Assembly: GCA_049288935.1 (NCBI GenBank)
Contig: JBAQIQ010000079.1
Span: forward strand, 4,339 to 68,338
From: Candidatus Competibacteraceae bacterium
GTDB taxonomy: Bacteria > Pseudomonadota > Gammaproteobacteria > Competibacterales > Competibacteraceae
Reading direction: 5' to 3'
Length of the DNA: 64,000 bases
Made by a program: the position numbers and the translations under genes. The notes under the pieces were generated by a model, which saw nothing but the letters and a program-made list of their open reading frames with translations, had not been told where the DNA came from and searched no databases. Shown piece after piece: positions 17,349-25,779 of the stretch. The stretch's first letter is position 1, and every line of letters starts with the position of its first letter.

Positions 17349-18365
17349 ATGACATCCGCCCAACCATCTCCTCCGGATTCTACTGATGGTGAGCCTTGCC
17401 TGTTACTCGATCCGTCCAGACGCACATTCCTCGCCAGTTTGGGGACAATGTTCGCCGCTGCTGTTGGATTGGCTTCTTCCGCCAGTGATGCAGCGCAATA
17501 CTACTACAGAGTGCCTGAGGGCTCCTGGCCAGGGAGTTTTCGAGCAGCGCCCCCTGCCCCCCGCATCAACGCATTGACAACGGAAATAGAGTTTTATATT
17601 AAAAATATGCGTCAAATGGGCCGCATCGCCGCAAATGAACAAACGGCCTGGCTGGTTTATGACTTCACCACCCAACAGTATCTAGCAGCGATCAACGCCA
17701 ACCGCCCTTATCAAAGCGCCAGTATGGTCAAGCCCTTTATTGCTCTGGCGTTTTTCCACAAGGTCCGCGAGGGCCGGTTGCAATACACAACATTTCACCG
17801 CAACCGAATGGAGGCAATGATCCAGCGTAGCGACAACAATGCCACTAACTATTTTATTGAGTTGCTGAATCGCACCAGTCGCTATTCCGGCCCTGCGGAA
17901 GCGGAATACACCTTGAAGCGTAACCATCCCGGTATTTTTCGCCATACTCGGATCGTTGAACGTATTCCCGGCGGCGGCCGCACCTATCGCAATAAAGCGT
18001 CCGCCCTCGACTATCACCGCTTTCTACACGCCCTCTGGTACGACCAATTCCCCTACTCGGCTGAACTGAAGCGACTGATGAACCTCCCAAACCGCGACCG
18101 GATCTACTCCGACGCCTACGGCGTAGCCCGGCAAACCTGGGTCATCGACAAAACCGGCACCACCGCCCGATTGTGCGGCGATATGGGCATCCTGATCGCC
18201 CAAGGACGCAATGGCTATCGCTATCCCTATATCTTCATCGGCATCATCGAGAAAGCCCGCTCCGCAAACAATTACCGAACGTGGATCAATGACCGTGGTA
18301 ACGTCATCCGGGAAGTGTCGAGTCTGGCCTACAACCACATGCAACAGATACATAATCTGGTGTAA
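17349..18365 (+). CDS. class A beta-lactamase-related serine hydrolase with a Tat-type signal
   Basis: SxxK (SASMVKPF), SDN (QRSDNNATNYF) and KTG (IDKTGTT) motifs occur in the right order and spacing. The N-terminus has SRRTFLASLGTMFAAAVGLASSASDA. Confidence 0.7.
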   Translation: MTSAQPSPPDSTDGEPCLLLDPSRRTFLASLGTMFAAAVGLASSASDAAQYYYRVPEGSWPGSFRAAPPAPRINALTTEIEFYIKNMRQMGRIAANEQTAWLVYDFTTQQYLAAINANRPYQSASMVKPFIALAFFHKVREGRLQYTTFHRNRMEAMIQRSDNNATNYFIELLNRTSRYSGPAEAEYTLKRNHPGIFRHTRIVERIPGGGRTYRNKASALDYHRFLHALWYDQFPYSAELKRLMNLPNRDRIYSDAYGVARQTWVIDKTGTTARLCGDMGILIAQGRNGYRYPYIFIGIIEKARSANNYRTWINDRGNVIREVSSLAYNHMQQIHNLV

Positions 18366-18464
18366 TCGGTGGATTCTCCCACCACCCCACCCACCCGATA
18401 AACTTTCCAGAGCGCCACGGCCAGGCAGCTCTTGACAATCACCAGTAAAATAGTCTGCATCGCC

Positions 18465-19625
18465 ATGCCCTATAACTTTGATCGTCTTCCCTCCCGCCAC
18501 AATACTGATAGCCTGAAATGGCATCGCTACGGCAATGTCCTGCCACTGTGGGTCGCAGATATGGACTTCCCCGCTCCGGAGTGGGTCTTGGCTGCCCTCC
18601 ATCAACGAATTGCGCATGGCATATTCGGTTACGGCGCGCCGCCGGATGCGCTGACGGAAACGCTGTGCGCCCGGATGGCCGATCGCTACGACTGGACGGT
18701 GACGCCGGAGCAGATCGTTTATCTGCCGGGGCTGGTCTGCGGGTTGAATGTCGTGTGTCGGGCGATCGGCGAGCCGGGTGACGAAGTCCTGGTGCAAACA
18801 CCGGTCTATCCGCCATTCCTGGCTGCGCCCGGCTACCAGGAACGGCGGTTAATGACTGCTGAGCTGACAGCCGAATTACGCAACGGGCAGCTTTACTACA
18901 CATTCGACGACACCGCATTCGCCGCCGCTATTAGCCCACGGACCCGACTGTTCATTCTTTGCCACCCACACAATCCCGTTGGACGGGCATTCAATCAGAA
19001 CGAACTGGCTCGATTGGCCGCTTTTTGTGAGCGCCACGATCTCACGGTCTGCTCCGACGAAATCCACTGTGACCTGCTGCTGGATGGACGGCGGCATACG
19101 CCTTTCGCTACCCTGAGCTCGGACATGGCCCGACGCTGCATCACCCTGATGGCCCCCAGCAAAACCTTCAACATCCCCGGTCTGGGCGCCAGTTTCGCTA
19201 TTATTCAAAACTCGGAACTGCGTCAGCGCTTCAAACAGGCGCTGCGCGGCATCGTCCCGGATGTCAATGTCCTCGGACTGGTTGCGGCGCAAGCGGCTTA
19301 TCAACACGGTGGCGACTGGCTACAAGAATTGTTGCGCTACTTGGCCGCTAACCGGGACTACCTCGCTGATTTTGTCCACCGCTATCTGCCCGGTCTGCAT
19401 ATGACCATCCCGGAAGCCACTTATCTGGCCTGGCTAGACTGTCGGAAGGCGGGTATTCCCGGCAATCCTCATGAATTCTTTCTGCAACGGGCTGGCGTAG
19501 CGTTGAATGACGGCGCGACCTTCGGGCCAGGCGGCGCAGGTTTTGTGCGGTTGAATTTTGGTTGTTCACGGGCGCTATTGGCGGAAGGTCTGGAGCGGAT
19601 GCAGGCAGCGATGGTGGCGCGTTGA
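18465..19625 (+). CDS. PatB/MalY-type PLP-dependent C-S lyase (cystathionine beta-lyase family, aminotransferase class I/II)
   Basis: MPYNFDRLPSRHNTDSLKWHRYG, LWVADMDFPAP, HPHNPVGR and the PLP-lysine region APSKTFNIPGL. The start is set at the ATG at 18465; the ORF opens at a TTG at 18432. Confidence 0.8.
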   Translation: MPYNFDRLPSRHNTDSLKWHRYGNVLPLWVADMDFPAPEWVLAALHQRIAHGIFGYGAPPDALTETLCARMADRYDWTVTPEQIVYLPGLVCGLNVVCRAIGEPGDEVLVQTPVYPPFLAAPGYQERRLMTAELTAELRNGQLYYTFDDTAFAAAISPRTRLFILCHPHNPVGRAFNQNELARLAAFCERHDLTVCSDEIHCDLLLDGRRHTPFATLSSDMARRCITLMAPSKTFNIPGLGASFAIIQNSELRQRFKQALRGIVPDVNVLGLVAAQAAYQHGGDWLQELLRYLAANRDYLADFVHRYLPGLHMTIPEATYLAWLDCRKAGIPGNPHEFFLQRAGVALNDGATFGPGGAGFVRLNFGCSRALLAEGLERMQAAMVAR

Positions 19626-20309
19626 ATGATTGAATTCAACACAGTCAGCAAAATGTTCCATCAAGGCCAGCCCAATGAATGCCGGGCGTTACATGCAGTG
19701 AACCTGACCCTAAAACGCGGCGGTGTCACTGTCTTCACCGGACCCAGTGGTTCCGGAAAAACCACGTTGTTGACCTTGGTGGGCGCGTTGGCGCGTCCGA
19801 CCCGTGGGCGGATCACCCTCAATGGGCGACTGCTCTCCAACCTGCCGGAACGGTTTCTGACCGACGTGCGGCGGCATACCTTTGGCTTCGTGTTCCAGCA
19901 ATTCAATCTAATTCGCGGACTGACCGTGCTGGAAAACGTCATGTTGCCGGCCTATCCACTGGGCAGGCCTTATCAGGAACTGGTCCGCGCTGCGCAAGAC
20001 TTGCTGGAACAGTTCGGCTTGGGTGAGAAAGCCGCCAATCCAGTGGAATGGCTGTCTGGCGGCGAGGCGCAACGCACTGCCCTGGCTCGCGCACTGATCA
20101 ATAACCCAGGCGTGATCATTGCTGACGAACCAACGGCGCATCTCGACAGCGCCCGGTCCCGCGAAGTGCTGGCGCTGCTGGGTAAACTGGCGGCACAGGA
20201 TCGAACGGTGTTCATCAGTAGCCACGATCCACTGGTGTTCGAGGCGATTTCAGTGAGCCGGGTTATTGAGTTACAAGATGGGCAAATCGCCAGGGATTCG
20301 TCATGTTGA
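19626..20309 (+). CDS. ABC transporter ATP-binding protein (MacB/LolD/FtsE-like subfamily)
   Basis: Walker A GPSGSGKTT, FGFVFQQFNLIRGLTVLENV, signature LSGGEAQR, Walker B VIIADEPT. The ATG immediately follows the stop of the upstream lyase gene (0-nt spacer). Confidence 0.85.
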   Translation: MIEFNTVSKMFHQGQPNECRALHAVNLTLKRGGVTVFTGPSGSGKTTLLTLVGALARPTRGRITLNGRLLSNLPERFLTDVRRHTFGFVFQQFNLIRGLTVLENVMLPAYPLGRPYQELVRAAQDLLEQFGLGEKAANPVEWLSGGEAQRTALARALINNPGVIIADEPTAHLDSARSREVLALLGKLAAQDRTVFISSHDPLVFEAISVSRVIELQDGQIARDSSC

Positions 20310-21301
20310 TCACTCCCGCTATCGTCGCTTTGCAACTCATCGCTCTCAGTGTTGCTGGTGTGATGCTGCTGGCAGGCAGCTTTGCTTGGCGGATTTTGCG
20401 CTATTGGGATATGCACAGCGGTAGTGAATTGCAGGTGCGGCTGGAACGGGAAACCTACCTGATTTCTACCCTGCTTGGTTTTGCTTTGGGCGCGGAGCTA
20501 TTGTCGCTGCTGCTGTTCGTCCACACCGCCGAAAATCTGTCCAGCCAGTTCGTCGGGGCGATGTGCGCCACGGGAGTGTTGAATATCAACGCGTTCGGCT
20601 TTCCCACGCTGCTGCTGAAAATCACCGGATTTTTTCTGGCGGCGCTATGGCTATGGTTGAACCGGGTGGATAACCAGGGCTACGACTACCCACTGGTGCG
20701 GGTGAAATACGGGCTGCTATTGGCCATTGCGCCGCTGACAGTGCTGGAAGGCGCGCTACAAACCCGCTTTTTCCTGGGGCTGGAGCCGGAAGTGATGACC
20801 TCCTGTTGTGGTTCGCTATTCAGCGCAGAAGGCCAAAGCGTCGCAGCGGAGCTCGCGGGATGGCCAGCACGGCCGGCGCTGGCCGTATTTTACGGCATGG
20901 CAGGAGGGCTGTTAGTAGTGGGGCTGGGGTTCCAACGATGGTTGGGACTGGGACCGTTGTTTGCCGCTGCCAGCGTCCTGGGCTTCGGCGTTGCGATCGT
21001 CGCCATCATTGCCTTTCTATCGCTGTATGTGTATGAAAGTCCAAATCATCACTGCCCATTTTGTCTGCTGAAGGCGGGCTATGATTATGTCGGCTATGGG
21101 CTTTATCTACCACTGTTCGCTGCGACCGCCGCTGGATTGAGCGCCGGACTCATTGCCCTCTTTCGCCAAACGACCAGCTTGCAGGCAATCATTCCTGGGG
21201 CCGTTCGGCGATTGTCCTGGCTGGCGCTAGCCGGGTTTGGGTTATTCTACGGAGTGGCGACTTGGCTGATGCTGCGATCTTCTTTGATTTTGCTCAATTA
21301 G
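20303..21301 (+). CDS. polytopic (~8 TM) membrane protein with conserved-looking Cys motifs; unknown family
   Basis: 332 aa with eight hydrophobic segments. Cys88, Cys168-Cys169 (MTSCCGSLF) and HHCPFC (Cys251/Cys254). The start overlaps the ABC ATPase stop (ATGTTGA). It does not look like FtsX/MacB or ABC-2 permeases to my eye. Confidence 0.6.
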   Translation: MLITPAIVALQLIALSVAGVMLLAGSFAWRILRYWDMHSGSELQVRLERETYLISTLLGFALGAELLSLLLFVHTAENLSSQFVGAMCATGVLNINAFGFPTLLLKITGFFLAALWLWLNRVDNQGYDYPLVRVKYGLLLAIAPLTVLEGALQTRFFLGLEPEVMTSCCGSLFSAEGQSVAAELAGWPARPALAVFYGMAGGLLVVGLGFQRWLGLGPLFAAASVLGFGVAIVAIIAFLSLYVYESPNHHCPFCLLKAGYDYVGYGLYLPLFAATAAGLSAGLIALFRQTTSLQAIIPGAVRRLSWLALAGFGLFYGVATWLMLRSSLILLN

Positions 21302-21308
21302 GCCCTCA

Positions 21309-21803
21309 ATGACACTCCTGCGGTCTCTTGGTTGTCTTCTCCTGCTGGCTCTCCTCGCTGGCTGCGAGCAAGAATTACCCATGATCAAAAATGGTGCTTC
21401 TGCCCCACAGTTCATCCTGGAACGGCTGGATGGCGCCCGCGCCCGCTTTCCGGAACAGTATCAGGGCCAAGTAGTTGTTCTACGCTTCTGGGCGGACTGG
21501 TGTCCTTACTGCCACAGCGAGATGCAGGCGTTGGAGCCGTTTTATCGTCAGTACCGTGGTCAGGGCCTGGCCATCCTCGCTATCAACGTTATGCAACCAC
21601 CGGAAACCGTGCGGACATTCATTGAGAAACTGGACATTTCCTATGAAGCGCTGCTCGACCGACAGGGCGAAGTCATGCGCCGCTATCAGGTGGTCGGCCT
21701 ACCGACGACTTACCTTATTGATCGAAAGGGCGTCGTCCGCGCCCGAATTATCGGCGAATCGACCCCTGAAGCTTTGACCCAGGCGCTCAGTGGCCTGCTT
21801 TGA
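21309..21803 (+). CDS. TlpA/ResA-family thiol:disulfide oxidoreductase lipoprotein
   Basis: Lipobox LLAGC, a thioredoxin-fold CxxC (WADWCPYCHSEM) and GLPTTYLIDRKG. It starts 7 nt after the upstream gene. Confidence 0.85.
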   Translation: MTLLRSLGCLLLLALLAGCEQELPMIKNGASAPQFILERLDGARARFPEQYQGQVVVLRFWADWCPYCHSEMQALEPFYRQYRGQGLAILAINVMQPPETVRTFIEKLDISYEALLDRQGEVMRRYQVVGLPTTYLIDRKGVVRARIIGESTPEALTQALSGLL

Positions 21804-21878
21804 GTATTTTCAGCACTGCTCATACACTTTTGTCTTAAAATCACAGTTTCTACAATCACAACTCATCAGACTGCACCT

Positions 21879-22517
21879 ATGAACGACCCGATCCAGACCG
21901 AACGTCGCCAAGTTCTCCGTATCCTTACGATCACCGGCGCGGCGGTCGGTGTCGCCGCACTGAGTTCGCCAGCTCATGCCGAAAACTGCCAACATGATGG
22001 CACACCGCTGCAATTCGTCCCCAAGACCGTGCCGGACCCTAAGCCGCTCGACAACGAGTTAGCCAAATATCCTAAATGCCCCTACTGCGGTATGGATCGT
22101 CAGCAGTACCATCATAGCCGCCATCTGGTGCACTACCAGGATGATCTGGTCGATGCAACCTGCTCCCTGCATTGCGCCGCGCTCAGCTTGGCGTTGAATC
22201 TCGATCGGGGACCGAAAGCCATCTATGCCGCTGATTTCGGCGCGACCACCGACCTGAAACCGTTGGTCAACGTCGATGCAGCGACCTATTTGATCGGCTC
22301 GAAGCTACCAGGGGTCATGACTAAACAGAGCAAGGTCGCTTTTGCCACCAAAACAGTCGCTGAAGCGGTCAAGGCTGAACAGGGCGGCGAATTGGGCAAT
22401 TTCGATACGGCGTTACAGGCTGCCTATCAAAGCATGGCTGGCGATACCACCATGATCCGCAAAAAGCGGGCTGAGAAGAGAACCCATGCTGCCGGTCAGG
22501 CCGGACATGGACAGTAG
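21879..22517 (+). CDS. Tat-exported NosL/TRASH-like metal-binding protein
   Basis: Twin-arginine signal (ERRQVLRILTITGAAVGVAALSSPAHA). The Cys pattern is CPYCGM-x22-CSLHC (CX2C-X24-CX3C). The CxxCGM motif is shared with NosL-family proteins. Confidence 0.55.
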   Translation: MNDPIQTERRQVLRILTITGAAVGVAALSSPAHAENCQHDGTPLQFVPKTVPDPKPLDNELAKYPKCPYCGMDRQQYHHSRHLVHYQDDLVDATCSLHCAALSLALNLDRGPKAIYAADFGATTDLKPLVNVDAATYLIGSKLPGVMTKQSKVAFATKTVAEAVKAEQGGELGNFDTALQAAYQSMAGDTTMIRKKRAEKRTHAAGQAGHGQ

Positions 22518-23061
22518 TCCGCAGCGATTGTTGTACGCCTTCCTTCTTGGCGGGCGAAAGCAGGAGTGGGGAAAATGCCGCTGGCTGGCAGCACTTCTCC
22601 TGACGTTTAGCCTGTTATCGCCGGCTGGGAGCGAAGGCCTGCAACTCCCCGCTCCTGGCGCCAAAGACACCTGCCCGGTCTGCGGCATGTTTGTCGCCCT
22701 CTACCCGGACTGGATAGCGACCGTGCTGTATAAAGATGGCCACGCTCACCATTTCGATGGCGCCAAAGACTTGTTCAAGTACCTGTTAAATAGGTCTAAA
22801 TATGCGCCAGATCACACTCAGGTGGACATCGCGGCGATAGGCGTGACCGACTATTATAGCGTCACCCGCATTGACGCCCGCTCAGCCTGGTATGTGATCG
22901 GTTCCGACACGCTTGGCCCGATGGGTCATGAATTGATCCCGCTGGCCACGCAGGTGGAAGCAGAAGAATTTCTTAAGGATCACCAGGGTAAACGCATCGT
23001 CCGCTTTGATGGTATCCATCCGAAACTGCTGGAAGCCTTGGATCAAGGAATATTTGAATGA
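22507..23061 (+). CDS. NosL-family (copper-chaperone-like) periplasmic protein
   Basis: A hydrophobic signal (RWLAALLLTFSLLSPAGSEG) followed by DTCPVCGMFVALYPDWIATVLYKDGHAHHFDGAKDLFKY, the NosL-type CxxCGM region. The start is uncertain: ATG at 22507 (overlapping the upstream gene by 11 nt), ATG at 22486, or TTG at 22528. Confidence 0.6.
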   Translation: MDSSPQRLLYAFLLGGRKQEWGKCRWLAALLLTFSLLSPAGSEGLQLPAPGAKDTCPVCGMFVALYPDWIATVLYKDGHAHHFDGAKDLFKYLLNRSKYAPDHTQVDIAAIGVTDYYSVTRIDARSAWYVIGSDTLGPMGHELIPLATQVEAEEFLKDHQGKRIVRFDGIHPKLLEALDQGIFE

Positions 23062-23813
23062 CTGTCTATTTCATCGGCGCCGGTCCCGGCGACCCTGAAT
23101 TGATCACCGTCAAAGGTCAGCGGTTGATCCGTGAATGCTCAGTGGTGCTGTATGCCGGTTCACTGGTGCCTAGAGAGGTGGTTTTAACCGCCAATCCCGG
23201 CGCTGAAATTGTCAACACCGCTGATCTGAGTCTTGACAATATCATTACCCGTATCCGCACCGCGCATGGGCAAGGACTGGATGTGGCGCGGGTGCATACT
23301 GGCGATCCGGCGCTGTATGGGGCGATTGGTGAACAAATGCGCGAATTGGAGAAGCTGGATATTCCCTACCAGGTCATCCCAGGCGTGACCGCTGCGTTCG
23401 CCGGTGCAGCTCTGTTACGCCGGGAATTGACTTTGCCAGGGATTAGCCAGACGATCATTCTCACCCGCCATGCTGGTAAAACGCCCGTGCCTGAAGGAGA
23501 AAGCCTGCCGGAATTAGCCCAGCATCGGGCTACCATGGCAATCTATCTCAGCGTGGACAAGTTGCGGGAAATTGTAGAGGAACTGACTCCGCATTACGGC
23601 GCAGACTGTCCCGTGGCGGTACTGCACCGGGTTTCCTGGCCGGATCAGGATGGGGTGGTCGGCACGCTGGCTGATATCGCCGAACAGGTTGAAGCCAAGG
23701 GTTTCACGCGCACTGCGCTCATTTTGGTGGGACGCGTCATTCAGCCGAAGGGATTTCCCGAATCCTATCTCTACAGTGCCGAACATGCTGAGTGGTATCG
23801 GAAAAATCGTTGA
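23058..23813 (+). CDS. cobM: precorrin-4 / cobalt-precorrin-4 C11-methyltransferase
   Basis: VYFIGAGPGDPELITVKGQRLI..., VARVHTGDPALYGA. 251 aa. An ATGA overlap joins it to the upstream NosL-like gene. Confidence 0.85.
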   Translation: MTVYFIGAGPGDPELITVKGQRLIRECSVVLYAGSLVPREVVLTANPGAEIVNTADLSLDNIITRIRTAHGQGLDVARVHTGDPALYGAIGEQMRELEKLDIPYQVIPGVTAAFAGAALLRRELTLPGISQTIILTRHAGKTPVPEGESLPELAQHRATMAIYLSVDKLREIVEELTPHYGADCPVAVLHRVSWPDQDGVVGTLADIAEQVEAKGFTRTALILVGRVIQPKGFPESYLYSAEHAEWYRKNR

Positions 23814-23816
23814 GTT

Positions 23817-24557
23817 TCATGGTTTCTGCACCAGATCTTGTAGCGCCTTAACCATTGAACTCGCTTCGGTAAATTCCCGGTCTGCGGCTGGCAACGTCGG
23901 CCGTTTCAGCATCACGACGGGAATCTTCAGTCGCCGCGCTGCCGTTAACTTGGCTTCAACTGCTGCACCGCCGCTGTTTTTAGCCACCAGCACATCGATT
24001 TGATAATCGCTGAGTAATGCTAATTCCTGTTCCAGCGAGAATGGTCCGGTTGCGCAACGCAGGGTTAAATGTGGCGAAGCGGGCGGTTCCGCCGCCAGAC
24101 AACGTACCAGCCAATGTTGTTCAGCAGGAATATCCGCAACGTGGCGTAGAGGCTCCAGTCCGATTGTGAAGAATGGACGTTGAAACTCCCGCAGCGCCGT
24201 TTCCATCTCGATCCAGTCTGTGACAAAACACCAGTCGTCGCCCGGTTCCGGTTGCCAGGCTGGACGCCGGTAGGCCCATAAAGGGATGTTGGTCATGTGC
24301 GCCGCCAGAGTGGCGTTGAGGCTGATTTGCGCGGCGTAAGGATGCGTGGCGTCCATCAGTAAGTGGATGTCCCGTTCACGCAGAAACGCTGCTAACCCTT
24401 CGGCGCCGCCAAAGCCGCCGACGCGCACTGTGCAAGGTAAATCCGGGACTCGTCCCTTACCCACGCCTGCAATACTGTAGATGATGGTATAAATCGGTAA
24501 TAAAGTACGCGCCAGCTTCAGCGCTTCGCCGACGCCGCCCAGAATCAGCAACCGCAT
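23817..24557 (-). CDS. cobK: precorrin-6A / cobalt-precorrin-6A reductase
   Basis: MRLLILGGVGEA..., VRVGGFGG, DATHPYAAQIS, VAKNSGGAA..KL.AA, VVMLKRP. The start is set at the internal ATG at 24557. The 311-aa track ORF would overlap cbiD. Confidence 0.8.
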   Translation of the reverse strand: MRLLILGGVGEALKLARTLLPIYTIIYSIAGVGKGRVPDLPCTVRVGGFGGAEGLAAFLRERDIHLLMDATHPYAAQISLNATLAAHMTNIPLWAYRRPAWQPEPGDDWCFVTDWIEMETALREFQRPFFTIGLEPLRHVADIPAEQHWLVRCLAAEPPASPHLTLRCATGPFSLEQELALLSDYQIDVLVAKNSGGAAVEAKLTAARRLKIPVVMLKRPTLPAADREFTEASSMVKALQDLVQKP

Positions 24558-24594
24558 CCGGCGAAATCCCCCGAATCCGCCGGAAGACAGGGCT

Positions 24595-25707
24595 TCATCC
24601 CTGGCCTCCACGGGCGAAATCAGTACGTCCCACCGGTCGCCCCTCACGGTCAATCGCCCACACTTCCACCACAACATCCAGCGGCAGAATAGCGCGGGCT
24701 TGATCACGGGCCATAACGCAAATCCGCTCGCCCAACGGTAAACCCGCCGCATCCGCCATGGCTAGCGCCTGCTGACTGGTGTTAGCAGCGCGCATCGCTG
24801 CCTGCAACACCGAATCCGCGCCTAGAGCCGCTGCCTCCACGGCCAACAAGGCCAAGTCAACGCTGGAACGGCGGCTGTGCAAGTCCAAATGTCCCGCCGC
24901 CAGCTTACTGATCTTGCCGAAACCACCCGCCAGACTCAACTGAGGGATGGGCGCCCGGCGTAGATGCTTCAACACCGCTCCGACGAAATCACCCATTTCA
25001 ATCAACGCCATGTCCGGCAAGTCGTATTGAACGCGCATCAGTCGCTCACTGGCCGCGCCGGTGCAGGCCGCGATGTGGGTCAAGCCGTTGACGCAGGCAA
25101 CATCAATGGCTTGCTGGATAGAAGCGATGTAGGCCGAGCAGGAGAAGGGCCGAACGATGCCCGTAGTGCCGAGAATGGATAAGCCACCGACGATGCCCAA
25201 CCGCGGATTCAGCGTTTTCAGCGCCAGTGCTGTCCCATTTTCAACGCCGATTGTGACTTCAAAACCACCACCATAATCGGTCATCACGGCCAATCGGGCC
25301 AGATGTTCCGTGATCATCCGGCGTGGAGTGGGGTTGATCGCCGGTTCACCGACTGGAATCGGCAACCCGGGTAAAGTCACCGTCCCGACGCCCGGCCCCG
25401 CACGAAAACGCACGCCTGGCGCTTCCCTCAACGCGACCTGGGCAAAGATCAGCGCCCCGTGCGTCACATCGGGATCGTCGCCGGCATCCTTAATAACCGC
25501 TGCCTCCACGCCAGTCTCTATCAACTGGCAGTATTCCAGCCGGAACCGCGCTGACGGGCCGCGCGGCAAGGTAATGTCAATGGCATCCGGCTCAATGCCT
25601 GTTAACAGCCGGCTGGCCGCCGCCAGGCTGGTTGCCGTGGCGCAAGCGCCTGTAGTGTAACCGTAGCGCAGGGATTGTTGGAGTTCAGGAGTTTCGGGAC
25701 GCATCAC
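24595..25707 (-). CDS. cbiD: cobalt-precorrin-5B (C1)-methyltransferase
   Basis: [55 protein letters not shown]. 370 aa. Confidence 0.85.
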   Translation of the reverse strand: MMRPETPELQQSLRYGYTTGACATATSLAAASRLLTGIEPDAIDITLPRGPSARFRLEYCQLIETGVEAAVIKDAGDDPDVTHGALIFAQVALREAPGVRFRAGPGVGTVTLPGLPIPVGEPAINPTPRRMITEHLARLAVMTDYGGGFEVTIGVENGTALALKTLNPRLGIVGGLSILGTTGIVRPFSCSAYIASIQQAIDVACVNGLTHIAACTGAASERLMRVQYDLPDMALIEMGDFVGAVLKHLRRAPIPQLSLAGGFGKISKLAAGHLDLHSRRSSVDLALLAVEAAALGADSVLQAAMRAANTSQQALAMADAAGLPLGERICVMARDQARAILPLDVVVEVWAIDREGRPVGRTDFARGGQG

Positions 25708-25779
25708 GTTAGGTTAGAGGGAAAAGGTCAAAGGTTAAAGGCTTTCAACCTCGGTCTTTTACCTTTAATCTTTCTCCTC

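Noticed and set aside
23817-24752. N-terminally extended ORF versions: cobK 311 aa; likewise recB 1235 aa, bamC 436 aa, dcd 255 aa, cbiA 464 aa, hflK 424 aa and the kinase from 13688.
   Set aside because: The extensions overlap the neighbouring gene or lack homology to the family N-terminus. Internal ATGs with better RBS spacing reproduce canonical N-termini (MRLLILGG, MQRLDPL, lipobox, MRLCDRDI, P-loop, MAWNEPGG, MQIPGY).
25708-25779. Cobalamin riboswitch in the cbiD-cbiA divergent gap. I also looked at 18366-18464 and 17033-17348 (GGGAAAAGCGGT…GAATCC).
   Set aside because: The 72-bp gap is too short. None of the regions contains a B12 box or the conserved core spacing. The resemblance at ~17215-17260 is limited to a few short words.
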